DNA of 23,678 nt from Octopus sinensis (taxonomy: Eukaryota), in assembly GCF_006345805.1 (NCBI RefSeq), contig NW_021836555.1, positions 1 to 23,678 on the forward strand, read 5' to 3'. The notes under the pieces are model-generated. The model worked only from the letters and a program-made list of their open reading frames with translations, ran no database searches and had not been told where the DNA came from. This document shows, in pieces, positions 1-9,149 of the stretch (positions within the stretch are counted from its first letter, which is position 1; each line of letters opens with the position of its first letter). The translations under genes were made by a program, and so were the position numbers.

Positions 1-192
1 ATGGTAATATTGTTGAATAAAATATTTTAGGAAATTGCAAAATTCAGAGCTGCTCGTATTGAATATAGCAATTTATATATGGAAGAGTGTAGATTAATCA
101 ATTATTCTAATTAAAAATTACATTTGAATTATCTTTTAAAAATGGCTTACCCAAAAGTATATTAATTTTAACAGCGTGGTTACTCACACTTT

Positions 193-340
193 GTGATGTC
201 TGGGTTTAAGGGTTACGTCAGAAATATTAACGAATACAATCAAATTAAGGAAACGTTAATCGGGATATTCCCGGAGGATATGAATGCTCGAAGCAAACAC
301 CGGTTGGTCAAAAAGGCTTCCAATTTTTGTCAAAAATGTC
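193..340 (+). pseudogene. N-terminal fragment of a Ginger/Gypsy-like integrase (transposase) gene
   Basis: GYVRNINEYNQIKETL...RLVKKASNF aligns by eye with the N-termini at 1143 (CFVKNISEYHTIVNIL...KLTKKSTKF) and 2247 (CFVQDQIEYNELKKIL...RLIKKAESS); truncated before the zinc finger. Confidence 0.7.
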
Positions 341-376
341 TGAAGAATCGTCAGCAGAAACATCATTTAATTTCGA

Positions 377-643
377 GTTAGGGTTACGTTAGGGTTTGAG
401 TTAAGGTTAGGGTTAGATTTTGAATATTTATGTTGTCACTCTGCCAACGTTAGGGTTTGGGTTAAGGTTAGGGTTTGATTTTGAATATTTATGTTGTCAC
501 TTGCCAACGTTAGGGTTTGGGTTAAGGTTAGGGTTAGATTTTGAATATATTTATGTTGTCACTTGCCAACGTTAGGGTTAGATTTTGAATATATTTATGT
601 TGTCACTTGCCAACGTTAGGGTTTGGGTTAAGGTTAGAGTTAA
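377..643 (+). repeat. ~60-bp tandem repeat (about 4.5 units, one shortened) containing TTAGGG-like motifs
   Basis: Unit GTTAGGGTTTGGGTTAAGGTTAGGGTTAGATTTTGAATATTTATGTTGTCACTTGCCAAC repeats with small indels. Confidence 0.9.
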
Positions 644-885
644 AGATGTTACAAACTTGGAAAAAAATTTGATGTAAATTATAATTTGCTAATGTTGCAA
701 TTTATATTATCAAAAATAAAAATAATTCACATTATAATTTGCTAATGTTGTAAATAATTTTACTATTTTAAAGCAAGCATGGTTCAAATATAAAACATCA
801 TTTTCTCAAAAATTTAAAGTTCAATCATTAGTTTGTATCGTTTGCCTTTATATTATTTGGCCTTTTAGTAAATATTTGCTATGTA

Positions 886-945
886 GTTGCCATGGAAACA
901 CGTAAAGGCCAGGTTGCCCATAGGGGTCTGATCACCCATGTGACA
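886..945. mobile_element. Putative right terminal inverted repeat of a Ginger-like element
   Basis: GC-richer block ending ...CCCATGTGACA (reverse complement starts TGTCAC), like the TGTC termini at 973 and 23151. It lies downstream of the integrase fragment at 193; the partner TIR is not seen. Confidence 0.4.
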
Positions 946-972
946 TATATAATATATAAAATCTATCTAATA

Positions 973-2168
973 TGTCGCGTCCCATGGTGGTTACGCATCC
1001 CATGCTGGCTACATGTCACCTGTCAATCAATCATTTTTACGAGGTCATTGGCTGTCAGATGTCATAATTAATGTGTGGTTTAATCATTCGTTACTCGTGT
1101 GGGCATATTTAATATTTTTAGCGTTATTATTCAATTTTCAACATGTCCTCTTTAAAATGTTTTCCCCTGTATATGTAATAATAGGTTTTGTAAAAAATAT
1201 CTCAGAATATCATACTATAGTCAATATTTTAAATGGCCAACCTGTACAGACATCTTCAAGACAAATAAAATATAAATTAACTAAAAAATCCACTAAATTT
1301 ATTGTCATTGATGAATGCTTATACCTCAAAGACGAAAGATTTCAAAAGCACAAACTAGTTATATGCATGGATAATGAGAGTGAGATGCAAACTATTGCAG
1401 ATTCTATTCACCGGAATAGCCATTCTGGAATTCGTAAACTGCAACAGGAATGTTTACACTCTTATTTTACAATAAAGCGTAAAATTATCGAACGAGTCGT
1501 CAAAGAGTGCTCAATATGCAAGTTTTCCATTCCACTTAAAGTATAAAATAAAAAACTTATATAGCAGGTTTCAGATTCTAAGTACCATGTGATTGCCAAA
1601 AGACCAAATGAACGATTCAAAGAAAGTGAGTGTTTGGATGATTTTTATCATGTATCATCAGAGGATATGGATGTAGAAAATATTTTAGATGTTTCAGGTA
1701 AATTTTGAATAACATATGCTAGACAACTTGATGCTAGTGATTTTATATTGAATTTTTTTCCACCTAATTTAAATTCACCATATTTTAAACGCATGAATAA
1801 AAAAATGAATGTTCATCAATCGAAATACGATTTTTCAATTGGGAGCGGAGTATTTTAGTGAATAATTGTTAGGTTAGAGTTCTAAAGGATTTTGGGACAA
1901 ATCCTTCCCTAAGGCTAAACCGATTTGAATCCCCATATGGAGAACCTGCTGAAGTTGTTCAAATTTTGTCAAACAATCGACTAGAGGTCTATTTTATTAT
2001 TATTTTATTTAACAGATTAAAACAAGTTCCGGGAAGTCTAAAATAGTTAATATGAATCAAGTTAAAAAATTAATTATTAAATTTGACAGTCACCATGACA
2101 GGCATTATTATTTATTGACAGGTGACATGTAACCACCATGGGATGGGTAGCTCGTGTGGGACGCGACA
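973..2168 (+). mobile_element. Internally deleted Ginger2/TDD-like DNA transposon with both ends
   Basis: Imperfect ~55-bp TIRs (TGTCGCGTCCCA...CATCCCATG...TACATGTCACCTGTCAAT at 973-1027; reverse complement at 2114-2168), TGT...ACA termini, identical 5-bp flanks TAATA at 968-972 and 2169-2173, and an integrase-like gene inside. Confidence 0.88.
1143..2075 (+). pseudogene. Intron-containing Ginger-like integrase gene lacking the DDE core
   Basis: ATG at 1143. Candidate introns at 1159-1184, 1541-1567, 1698-1722, 1850-1872 and 1987-2015. The spliced product has an H2C2 zinc finger (HRNSHSG...CSIC) and a Gypsy-integrase-like C-terminus (FSIGSG-VRVLKD...YGEPAEVVQIL). The core after RPNERF is missing and there is one frameshift near 1723. 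Confidence 0.8.
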
Positions 2169-2246
2169 TAATATAATTTAAGCAGCGTACCAGAATCATA
2201 TAACATTTTTAATCCCGTTTTACGCTTACTTCGTTTTGTTGAAACC

Positions 2247-3370
2247 ATGGCACAATCAAATCAAAGATGCTTCGTTCAAGATCAGATTGAATATAACGAA
2301 TTAAAGAAAATCCTCGAAGGGGAGATTCCACAGATAAACGACAGATTCCGCAAACGAAGGCTAATTAAGAAAGCTGAATCTTCTGTGCTTATTCAGGAGC
2401 ACATATATCTAACGGATGCAAACATCAAGAAACTACATGGATGATACTGAACAGATGAAAATGCTTACCGAACAAATTCAAGAGATTAATCATTGTGGGC
2501 ACAACGCACTGGAAAATCTCTGCAAAGAACGATTTTTTATTATTAAAAGAGAAATCATTCGTGACGTTGTTACAAAATGTGATGTTTGCCGTTTTTCTAC
2601 ACCACTTAAACAATCTGATTCTGAGTTTTATGTTATTGCCGATAGACCTAACAGGAGATTTCAAATCGACTTAATAGATCCTAAAAGGTACCTATTTTAA
2701 TGAAGTTATTTAATAGATTTAAGAATAATGATTCTTTTACGTGGTTATTAACAGTAATTGATGTGTATAATCTGACAAAACATCATTCGACAGGTGCTAT
2801 AAATAAAAGTATAATATTGAAACTCCATTTATGAGATATCGTGGAATACCTGGATTTAATCAAGTCGTTAATTATTCTCAAGTTGGTGACAACAGAGACG
2901 ATAGTTGGATTCAAAATTTAAAATGTTTTCAGATGTTTTAGATACTAATGAAGAACCAGAAGTCGGTACAGTAATTTTGGAGAAAAATGAATCAATAGAT
3001 TTGCCAAGTAATGTTTTATTTATAAATCATACTAGACGAGGAACAAGAAAAATCTTTTGATTTTAATTTAGTACCGATAAATTTAGATTCTCGTTATTTC
3101 AAAAGAATGAACAAAAGAATGTATGTTCATCGTTCTAAGTACGATCTTGAAGTAGGAGATAATTATACATTATTTTTTTACTTATAAAGACAAGAATTCT
3201 GAAGGATTATGGGACAAATCCATCTCTCAGACTAGAGAAATTTGAAAGTTCATATTCTTCGCCTGTGAAAATTATTGAAAAATTATCTAATAATTTTGTC
3301 ATGATATATAACAGTGAAGGATTTCATATAAAAATACACTCTCAAAGATTAAAAAAGATGATAAAATTTT
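2247..3370 (+). pseudogene. Second, divergent Ginger-like integrase pseudogene
   Basis: NHCGH...CDVC zinc finger, RFQIDLID, intron 2688-2716, then FTWLLTVIDVY fused to NLTKHHSTG (core deleted). The C-terminus YFKRMNKRMYVHRSKYDLEVGD...KDYGTNPSLRL is homologous to 1780-1930. Contains frameshifts. Confidence 0.8.
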
Positions 3371-3479
3371 TCGTATTTAAAAAAAATAAAAACATGTCTA
3401 ACTAATCGGTAATTAGATAAGCAAGGCACGCTAACACACAGTAACTAGCACGTCATTTATTTGTTAAACAAATCCTATT

Positions 3480-3940
3480 CTTAACGCTAACACCAATGAT
3501 TTCATAACCCAATAAATCCCGAACACTATACCAAGAATCTTCCTAAACTAATCCCTAACCATATCAAATCTCTAAACTTATTCTATTCCCTAACTCTGGC
3601 CAGTCTCTATCCCTGACCATATCTGAGCCATATCCAACCCGAAATCAGATCCCTAACACTAATTCCTATCTCTATCCCAATGTCTGTCCTTAGCCCTATT
3701 CTTATTGCCAAACTTAAATGTATTTCCGACCCTAACTTTACTATTTTTCAATGTTTTTAAATTTTCGATCATTTAAAATATTTATAAGATAATAAGGATC
3801 TCTAACTTTAACACTAATTCCTATCCCTATTCCAAAGTCTGTTTTTAGCCCTATTCTTATTGTCAAACTTAAATGTATTTCCGACCCTAACTTTACTATT
3901 TTTTAATGTTTTTAAATTTTCAATCATTTAAAATATTTAT
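3480..3940 (+). repeat. Degenerate (CCCTAA)n-like hexamer array with a ~155-bp-period duplication (about 3654-3786 and 3809-3940)
   Basis: 6-nt periodic CCCTAA/CCTATC/CTAAAC variants; TAACACTAATTCCTAT...CATTTAAAATATTTAT occurs twice. Confidence 0.7.
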
Positions 3941-4099
3941 TCGGTAGTTTCATCCTTTCGAAAGCTCAAAAGGTACTCTTCCCTCATAAATCGGTTCTAC
4001 TTGGTGCCGGTCTCAGTCGAAACCAAACATTTATTGATAAAAAAGAAACTAATTAACTAAGTAATTTTTCTAATTCCAGAGCCTTCGAAGTGAGCATAA

Positions 4100-4980
4100 T
4101 TTCATCTTGTAGTTTCATCCTATCGGCGTGGTTTGCAGCCGAAGTAAGGTTCGCAGCGGAAGAATCGATCCTCGCTTTGAGAAGGTATCCACAACGGTAA
4201 CATCCCATACGAGGGCTATTGTCATCCCGTCAGGCTTTTTGCCGTCTCCCCGATCGAGTCCGACCGGATCGAGGAGGCACGAATGGCCCGTCGATTCGAG
4301 ACCGGCCTTCACGATTTTATTGAGGACCTTGTGTCTGTGTTCCCTGCCTGCGCTCGTCTTGCAGGAAAGTGGGTGCAGTCCCTTTTCGTCAACGCCTCGC
4401 CCCATCTGCAGCGGTGTTTTGTGCAAACATCCAGGCCGAGTCGGTGAGCGACTCCGATGGGTATAGCAGCATCATCTAGCAACGTCCCGATACTGGAGAA
4501 AGGGAGAGCATTCAGCCAGCTGCCAGAGTGAGGGGCGGATGCCGCACGAAGGCATACCAGGCGGTGTTGGTCAAGGTTTGCAAAGAGCTCAGACACACGC
4601 GCTCGGCATGCGATAGTGTCCCAGGTACGTTGGGAGGAGAAATCTCCAGGCCTCTCAGAAAAGGAGCGATCCCAGGTAGTAAGCCAATCCGACAAAGCAC
4701 CGTTCAGGCAAGATTCGAAAGGTTTGAGTAGGATCTCCAAGGCCAAGTTGTTGCACATCGAAATGGAGGATAGATATGCCAGGAGTATCAAAGCACTTGC
4801 AGTTGCCTTAGACAAAGATACACAGCTCAGGTGGAAATGGGCATCACAGAGGATGCAGTGGATCCCCCGTTTGCGGGGGTTTGACACAAGTCACGAGTCG
4901 TGACTCACGACTGACATACTGTCGGGGAGCGAGTGAACTGTTCAGGTTTCTTCAGAGTTCGAGTTTCTTCTGAGTTCGTT
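4100..4980 (-). mobile_element. CRE-like non-LTR retrotransposon remnant A (partial PHD finger fused to the RLE region, RT absent)
   Basis: IHCILCDAHFHLSC (PHD) joined to SQRTWD...HSGSWLNALP...CRW...HPLSC...RH...KPDG...LVWDVTVVDT, the CCHC plus PD-(D/E)xK-type region of RLE LINEs. Confidence 0.8.
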
Positions 4981-5206
4981 TTATAAATTGCCGTCGTAGA
5001 TAAAATATTAAACTTGTATAAAGTTTTAAACTACTTAATGAGTGCCTTCATGGATGAGGTCACTATTTGAAAATCAGATCAACAAATATTTGTAATTGAT
5101 TAAATTAAACTTAGTTAAACAAAACCAACAAAAAAGTTAAAAAAAACAAGAAATAAGAAAAGTTATTTTTTAAGTAGCCAATCTATAGTGAAGACTGGAG
5201 GATCTT

Positions 5207-5734
5207 CTAAAATATAATTTTATTTTCGTCAAAAATACCGTTTTTGTCATCTTTCTTATATTCTTTATCATTTTTGTGATCTCCGCCGCATCTTTCTTGA
5301 TCTTTTTTTTGGTTTTGAAGTGCAATTGGTTTTTTGTTGCCACTCTCTTTTGGGATTTCCGAATTCTTCATAAAAGCTGTATATGTCCGTTTTTTATTAA
5401 CGACATCTGATAAAATAATTGTTATATAAATCAAACAATGTATGTGGCAGTCATCAGTTATGATACAGTTTGGTAGTGTTATATAATTGCTTCTTGGATC
5501 ATCCCATTCACGTATAACTTGTCTCTCGATATCTATAATTTTATTCCAACGTTCGCGTCTGATGTCATCATTTATTGTATTTGAATTGTCCCATTCTCTG
5601 CACAGAGATTGTCTTGGTTCATTTCTTTGTCTTTGAGTCTCATTCTTGCTACTCCAGTGAATGTCTGACCTCCCATCAGTTTTACATCGACATGGAATTC
5701 TCATGCAGGTACATTTTTGTTTATCTTCAGGCAT
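5207..5734 (-). CDS. Orphan 175-aa ORF of unknown function (Cys-rich N-terminus, charged C-terminus)
   Basis: Uninterrupted ATG-to-TAG ORF in otherwise stop-rich DNA, with a possible in-frame 30-nt GT-AG intron at 5407-5436; no domain recognised. Confidence 0.4.
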   Translation of the reverse strand: MPEDKQKCTCMRIPCRCKTDGRSDIHWSSKNETQRQRNEPRQSLCREWDNSNTINDDIRRERWNKIIDIERQVIREWDDPRSNYITLPNCIITDDCHIHCLIYITIILSDVVNKKRTYTAFMKNSEIPKESGNKKPIALQNQKKDQERCGGDHKNDKEYKKDDKNGIFDENKIIF

Positions 5735-6099
5735 ATTTGATCGTTAACGTGTAAATAACATCGACTGTATTCATAGTCGATTTGGGACGTTTCGGCTTAA
5801 TAAAATTAGAAAATCAAAAAAATTTACAGCATTGACGCGTAATTTATTATTACAATAGTAAGAAAATATATCTTATTACTAATATTTGTTAAATATATTA
5901 TTAGTAAAAAAAGAATCCCGAAACAGTACTTCTTTTGCATAACACAAATTCTTGAGTTTAGCCATTTCCTCAATGGCTTGTAAGAGACTATTGACTGAGT
6001 CTTTAAATAACAAATTCAAATTACCTTATTTTGTGAAATCGCAGTAGTTCTTTTATATTTAGACTACCGAAAACTAGCAAATTTTGCACGAAAACTTGT

Positions 6100-7210
6100 C
6101 TTGCTGTCTGGTCTCATTGATGGATATGTGCTATGTGTCAAAAATACAAAAATGTTTTTAAAATTCTAGGAGTGGACATGTCCAGTGCGTTTGACACTGT
6201 CAATAGGAAATCGTTGTTGAACGTTTTTGGGAGTTTTCTTGAAGATAGCACTAGGCTTGTCCGTTTCCTACTTTCTAATACCGAATTAACTGTACGGGTT
6301 GAAAACGAGTTATCAAATCCTTTAGGGACAACAATTGGAACACCTCAAGAGGACTCTCTATCTCCGGTTCTATTCATTGTATATCTGGAGGCAGCACTGA
6401 GAGATCTCAGAACAAAGTACGAAGGATCGATGCCGATGGAAATTATATATGCAGACGACAAAGACTTTGTGTCAGAAAATGATCAGGAACTTGCATCTGT
6501 TTTGGAGAAAATTCCGGACAAATTTGAGAGATGGTGTACATTAATCAAGAAAAGACTGAACACGTAAAAATCACAGAGGAATCGAAATATATTGATGGAA
6601 GTTGGAGGAAAAAAAGAAATTGAGATCATTACTTGGTGATAGTGAGGACATGATGTACCGGAGAGTTTGGGCCTCTGCAATGTACAAGAAAATTAAAAAG
6701 ATATGGAATCATCAAAATTTCAAAAATAAACCTCAAGCTAAAGCTTTACAACGCATATATAAAACTAGTACTCATGTACAACTTAGGTACCTGGGATGTC
6801 ATAGAGGCAGAGTTAGATAAAATGGACACGTTTCACCAAAAACAACTACGCAATCTACTGGGCCTAGGATGGTCAAAAAAGATTCCTAGCAGAAAATTAT
6901 ACGCTATGACACGATCGGTGTTAATAAGCATCGATATTATAGAATCAAGATGGAGGGTGTTTTGACACGTACTTAGGATGGACGTAAACACACCAGCAAA
7001 CACGATAATAAATGATTACTTTAACAATAACAACAAAACAGCGTTCAGAGGAAGGCCCAGGGTCACTCTCCCTGTTGCACTAAACAAGGATCTCAACGGA
7101 ATTGGAAGAAAACTTGGATGTGCTGACGACCTTGAAGACCTACGAGTATATGCTCAAAGCAGACCTTGATGGAGACGCCTGGTGAACAAGATTTCTGAAC
7201 GTGTGGCACA
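6100..7210 (+). mobile_element. 3' fragment of a non-LTR retrotransposon RT gene (RTE-group-like), frameshifted
   Basis: RT motifs VDMSSAFD, GTPQEDSLSPVLF, YADD, then LRSLLGDSED, YNLGTW...QLRNLLG, RW...HVLRM and RGRPRVTL. Confidence 0.8.
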
Positions 7211-7611
7211 AACGGGACCTTAGCTAATTTAACATTTCTTTGGTTCTGTGTACGTGCTATTAATAATAATCCATGACTGCATGTGTCGAGCAATCGAACA
7301 GTTTACACTAGATCCTGGCTCGATTCCAGAGTGATTATGTACTGGGGTCACTTATTTGATCCCTAAAGTAGATAACCCTTCCGCTCCGACAGATTATTGT
7401 CTAATAACCTGTATGCCCAACCTGTACAAATTGATGACCAAGGTGGTGGCTACTGAGGTCAGAAATTTCGTGGAGGTGAATGGGATTCTGTCCGAGAACC
7501 AGTTAGGTACTCGGCGGGATTGCCAGGAAGCTAAGGACCAGGCACTGATCAACAAATGCCTCGCGAGAGCCCACAGAAACTTTCTGCATTTTGATTAAAA
7601 TGAACAACGCG

Positions 7612-7846
7612 AATGTCCTCGACATTCATGATGAGGTCCATTAAAACCTTCAAGGCAAAAATCTCACGTATTAAGAATATCCTTGATGAAAACGACAGCG
7701 AGAATATTAACAATGATGAACTCCCAATTATTCGCGATAAAGAAATTCAATTCATCCTATGTTTTTCTCTTTAAAATTAAATGCATATATCATTATCGAC
7801 CATGAATCAAAATTAAAGCTATTATCATATTTGACTTTGACAGAAT
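7612..7846 (+). repeat. Dispersed 235-bp repeat, copy 1 (copy 2 at 13016-13249)
   Basis: AATGTCCTCGACATTCATG...GACTTTGACAGAAT is near-identical at both sites. Confidence 0.9.
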
Positions 7847-7861
7847 AAGTCGAGGACATCG

Positions 7862-7939
7862 TATTGCCAATTTGAAGTTTGTGTGCACACACAGACAGAC
7901 AGACAGACAGACACACACCATACCATTTTATTATTAAGA
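7862..7939 (-). mobile_element. Helitron-like 5' end with (GTCT)n microsatellite
   Basis: Minus strand begins TCTTAATAATAAAA exactly where the RT reading frame stops (7940), followed by (GTCT)n. This resembles non-autonomous Helitron 5' ends; no CTRR 3' end was seen. Confidence 0.4.
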
Positions 7940-8496
7940 CGAAGGCAACTTGAGCTTTCGCAGACACTCAACGAGGTAGGCATGATCAACCGAGTCATAT
8001 GCTTTCTTCACATCCACCCACATCGACGAGCTGCCGAGCTAGTGGTTTATAAAATTTGTTGCAACTGTGATGGACAGGTGGAACGTGCATCTACACTACA
8101 ACAAATGCGATATAGGCGAAGTTAAGCTAGAGAGGGGCATTTTACAGGGCGACAGCATGTCGCCACTGCAGTTTGTCCTCTGCCTAGAACCGCTGAGTAA
8201 AGTCCTCACTGCCTAATTCGAACAAATGTTGATCGAACATGAAGGAGGGTGTTTTAGCACCAACCATCTCATGTTCATAGACGACATTAAGCTGTTCGCT
8301 CGGTCTTCAGAGATCCTGACGTTTAGTCAGCGAAAGGCGCTGGACTGCACCTTCTGAAGGTCTACAGTGCCAGAGAAGAGGAGGAAGAAGGCGAGGAGGT
8401 GCGTGGAGTTCCACTCTCTGCTCACTTCAAAGGCTCTGGACTTAGTTAGAAAAATGACTTAGTTAATTAGTTTCTTTTTTAATGCAAACAATACAT

Positions 8497-9030
8497 TGCC
8501 AGATGTCATATTTATTGTAGTTTTTTATCATGCGTCACTCTTAGGGGAGATATTTAATATTTTTTAGCGTTATTCAGAATTTTCAACATGTCCTCTCTAA
8601 AATATTTTGCCTATATAAAATATCAATTTATCAGAATATCAATTTATCGTGAGTATCTTAAATGAGAACATGTACAGAAATCCCAATGAAAATAAAAAAT
8701 ATAACTAAAAATTCTACCAAATTTATTGTTATCGATGACCGCTGATACTTCAAAGACAAAAGATTTCAAAAGCACAAGCTAGTTATTTGCATTGATAATG
8801 AGAGTGAAATGAAAAAATATTGCAGATTCTATTCATCGAAATATACTTTCTGGATCTTTACACTCTGTAAAAAATTTATTAACTTGTTTACACTCTTATT
8901 TTACAGTAAAGCGGAAAATTAAGAACGATTTATCAAAGAATGCTCAATTTGCAATTTTTCTATAGCACTTAAAGTATAAAATTAATAAATTTAATTTAGG
9001 TTTCCGATTTTAATTCTATGTGATTCCCAA
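8497..9030 (+). pseudogene. Degenerate 5' copy of the Ginger-like element at 973-2168
   Basis: Clear nucleotide similarity to about 1053-1600 (e.g. AAAGATTTCAAAAGCACAA, GATAATGAGAGTGA, CACTTAAAGTATAAAAT); same intron position (8974-8999). Confidence 0.85.
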
Positions 9031-9149
9031 ATTTGATAATTAATTTTGTTGCTATTCATAATTAGTTTAGTTGTTTATTGTTTTGTTATATAATCACAGT
9101 TTTTGAATTTTTATTTTCTGTTTAAAATTGGTTAAATATATTGTCGATT

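Larger units (their letters stand above)
7255..8325 (+). mobile_element. R4/Dong-like non-LTR RT fragment, interrupted and partly inverted
   Basis: GVTYLIPK...ITCMPNLYK...ENQLG...AKDQALIN (about 7345-7590), and RGILQGDSMSP and NHLMFIDDIKLF (about 8130-8300) on plus; WVDVKKAYDSVDH on minus at 7940-8023. Confidence 0.82.

Noticed and set aside
377-643. CRISPR array or true telomere
   Set aside because: The spacers are identical rather than unique, there are no cas genes, the context is eukaryotic, and the array is internal and not pure TTAGGG.
1013-1142. Hydrophobic N-terminus of the 177-aa ORF as a membrane segment
   Set aside because: It starts inside the TIR. Homology to the paralogs begins at ATG 1143 once the 26-nt intron is removed.
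973-3370. Gypsy LTR retrotransposon
   Set aside because: No LTRs, gag, protease or RT. Inverted termini, a TSD and introns indicate a Ginger-type DNA transposon.
4128-4903. Plus-strand ORFs overlapping CRE remnant A (likewise 14415-15070 minus, 15847-16117 plus, 16891-17106 plus and 18579-18893 plus)
   Set aside because: They are antisense shadows of GC-richer retrotransposon coding sequence and show no motifs.
6133-6567. Bacterial retron, group II intron or DGR reverse transcriptase
   Set aside because: The downstream motifs are non-LTR retrotransposon type, and there is no bacterial gene context.
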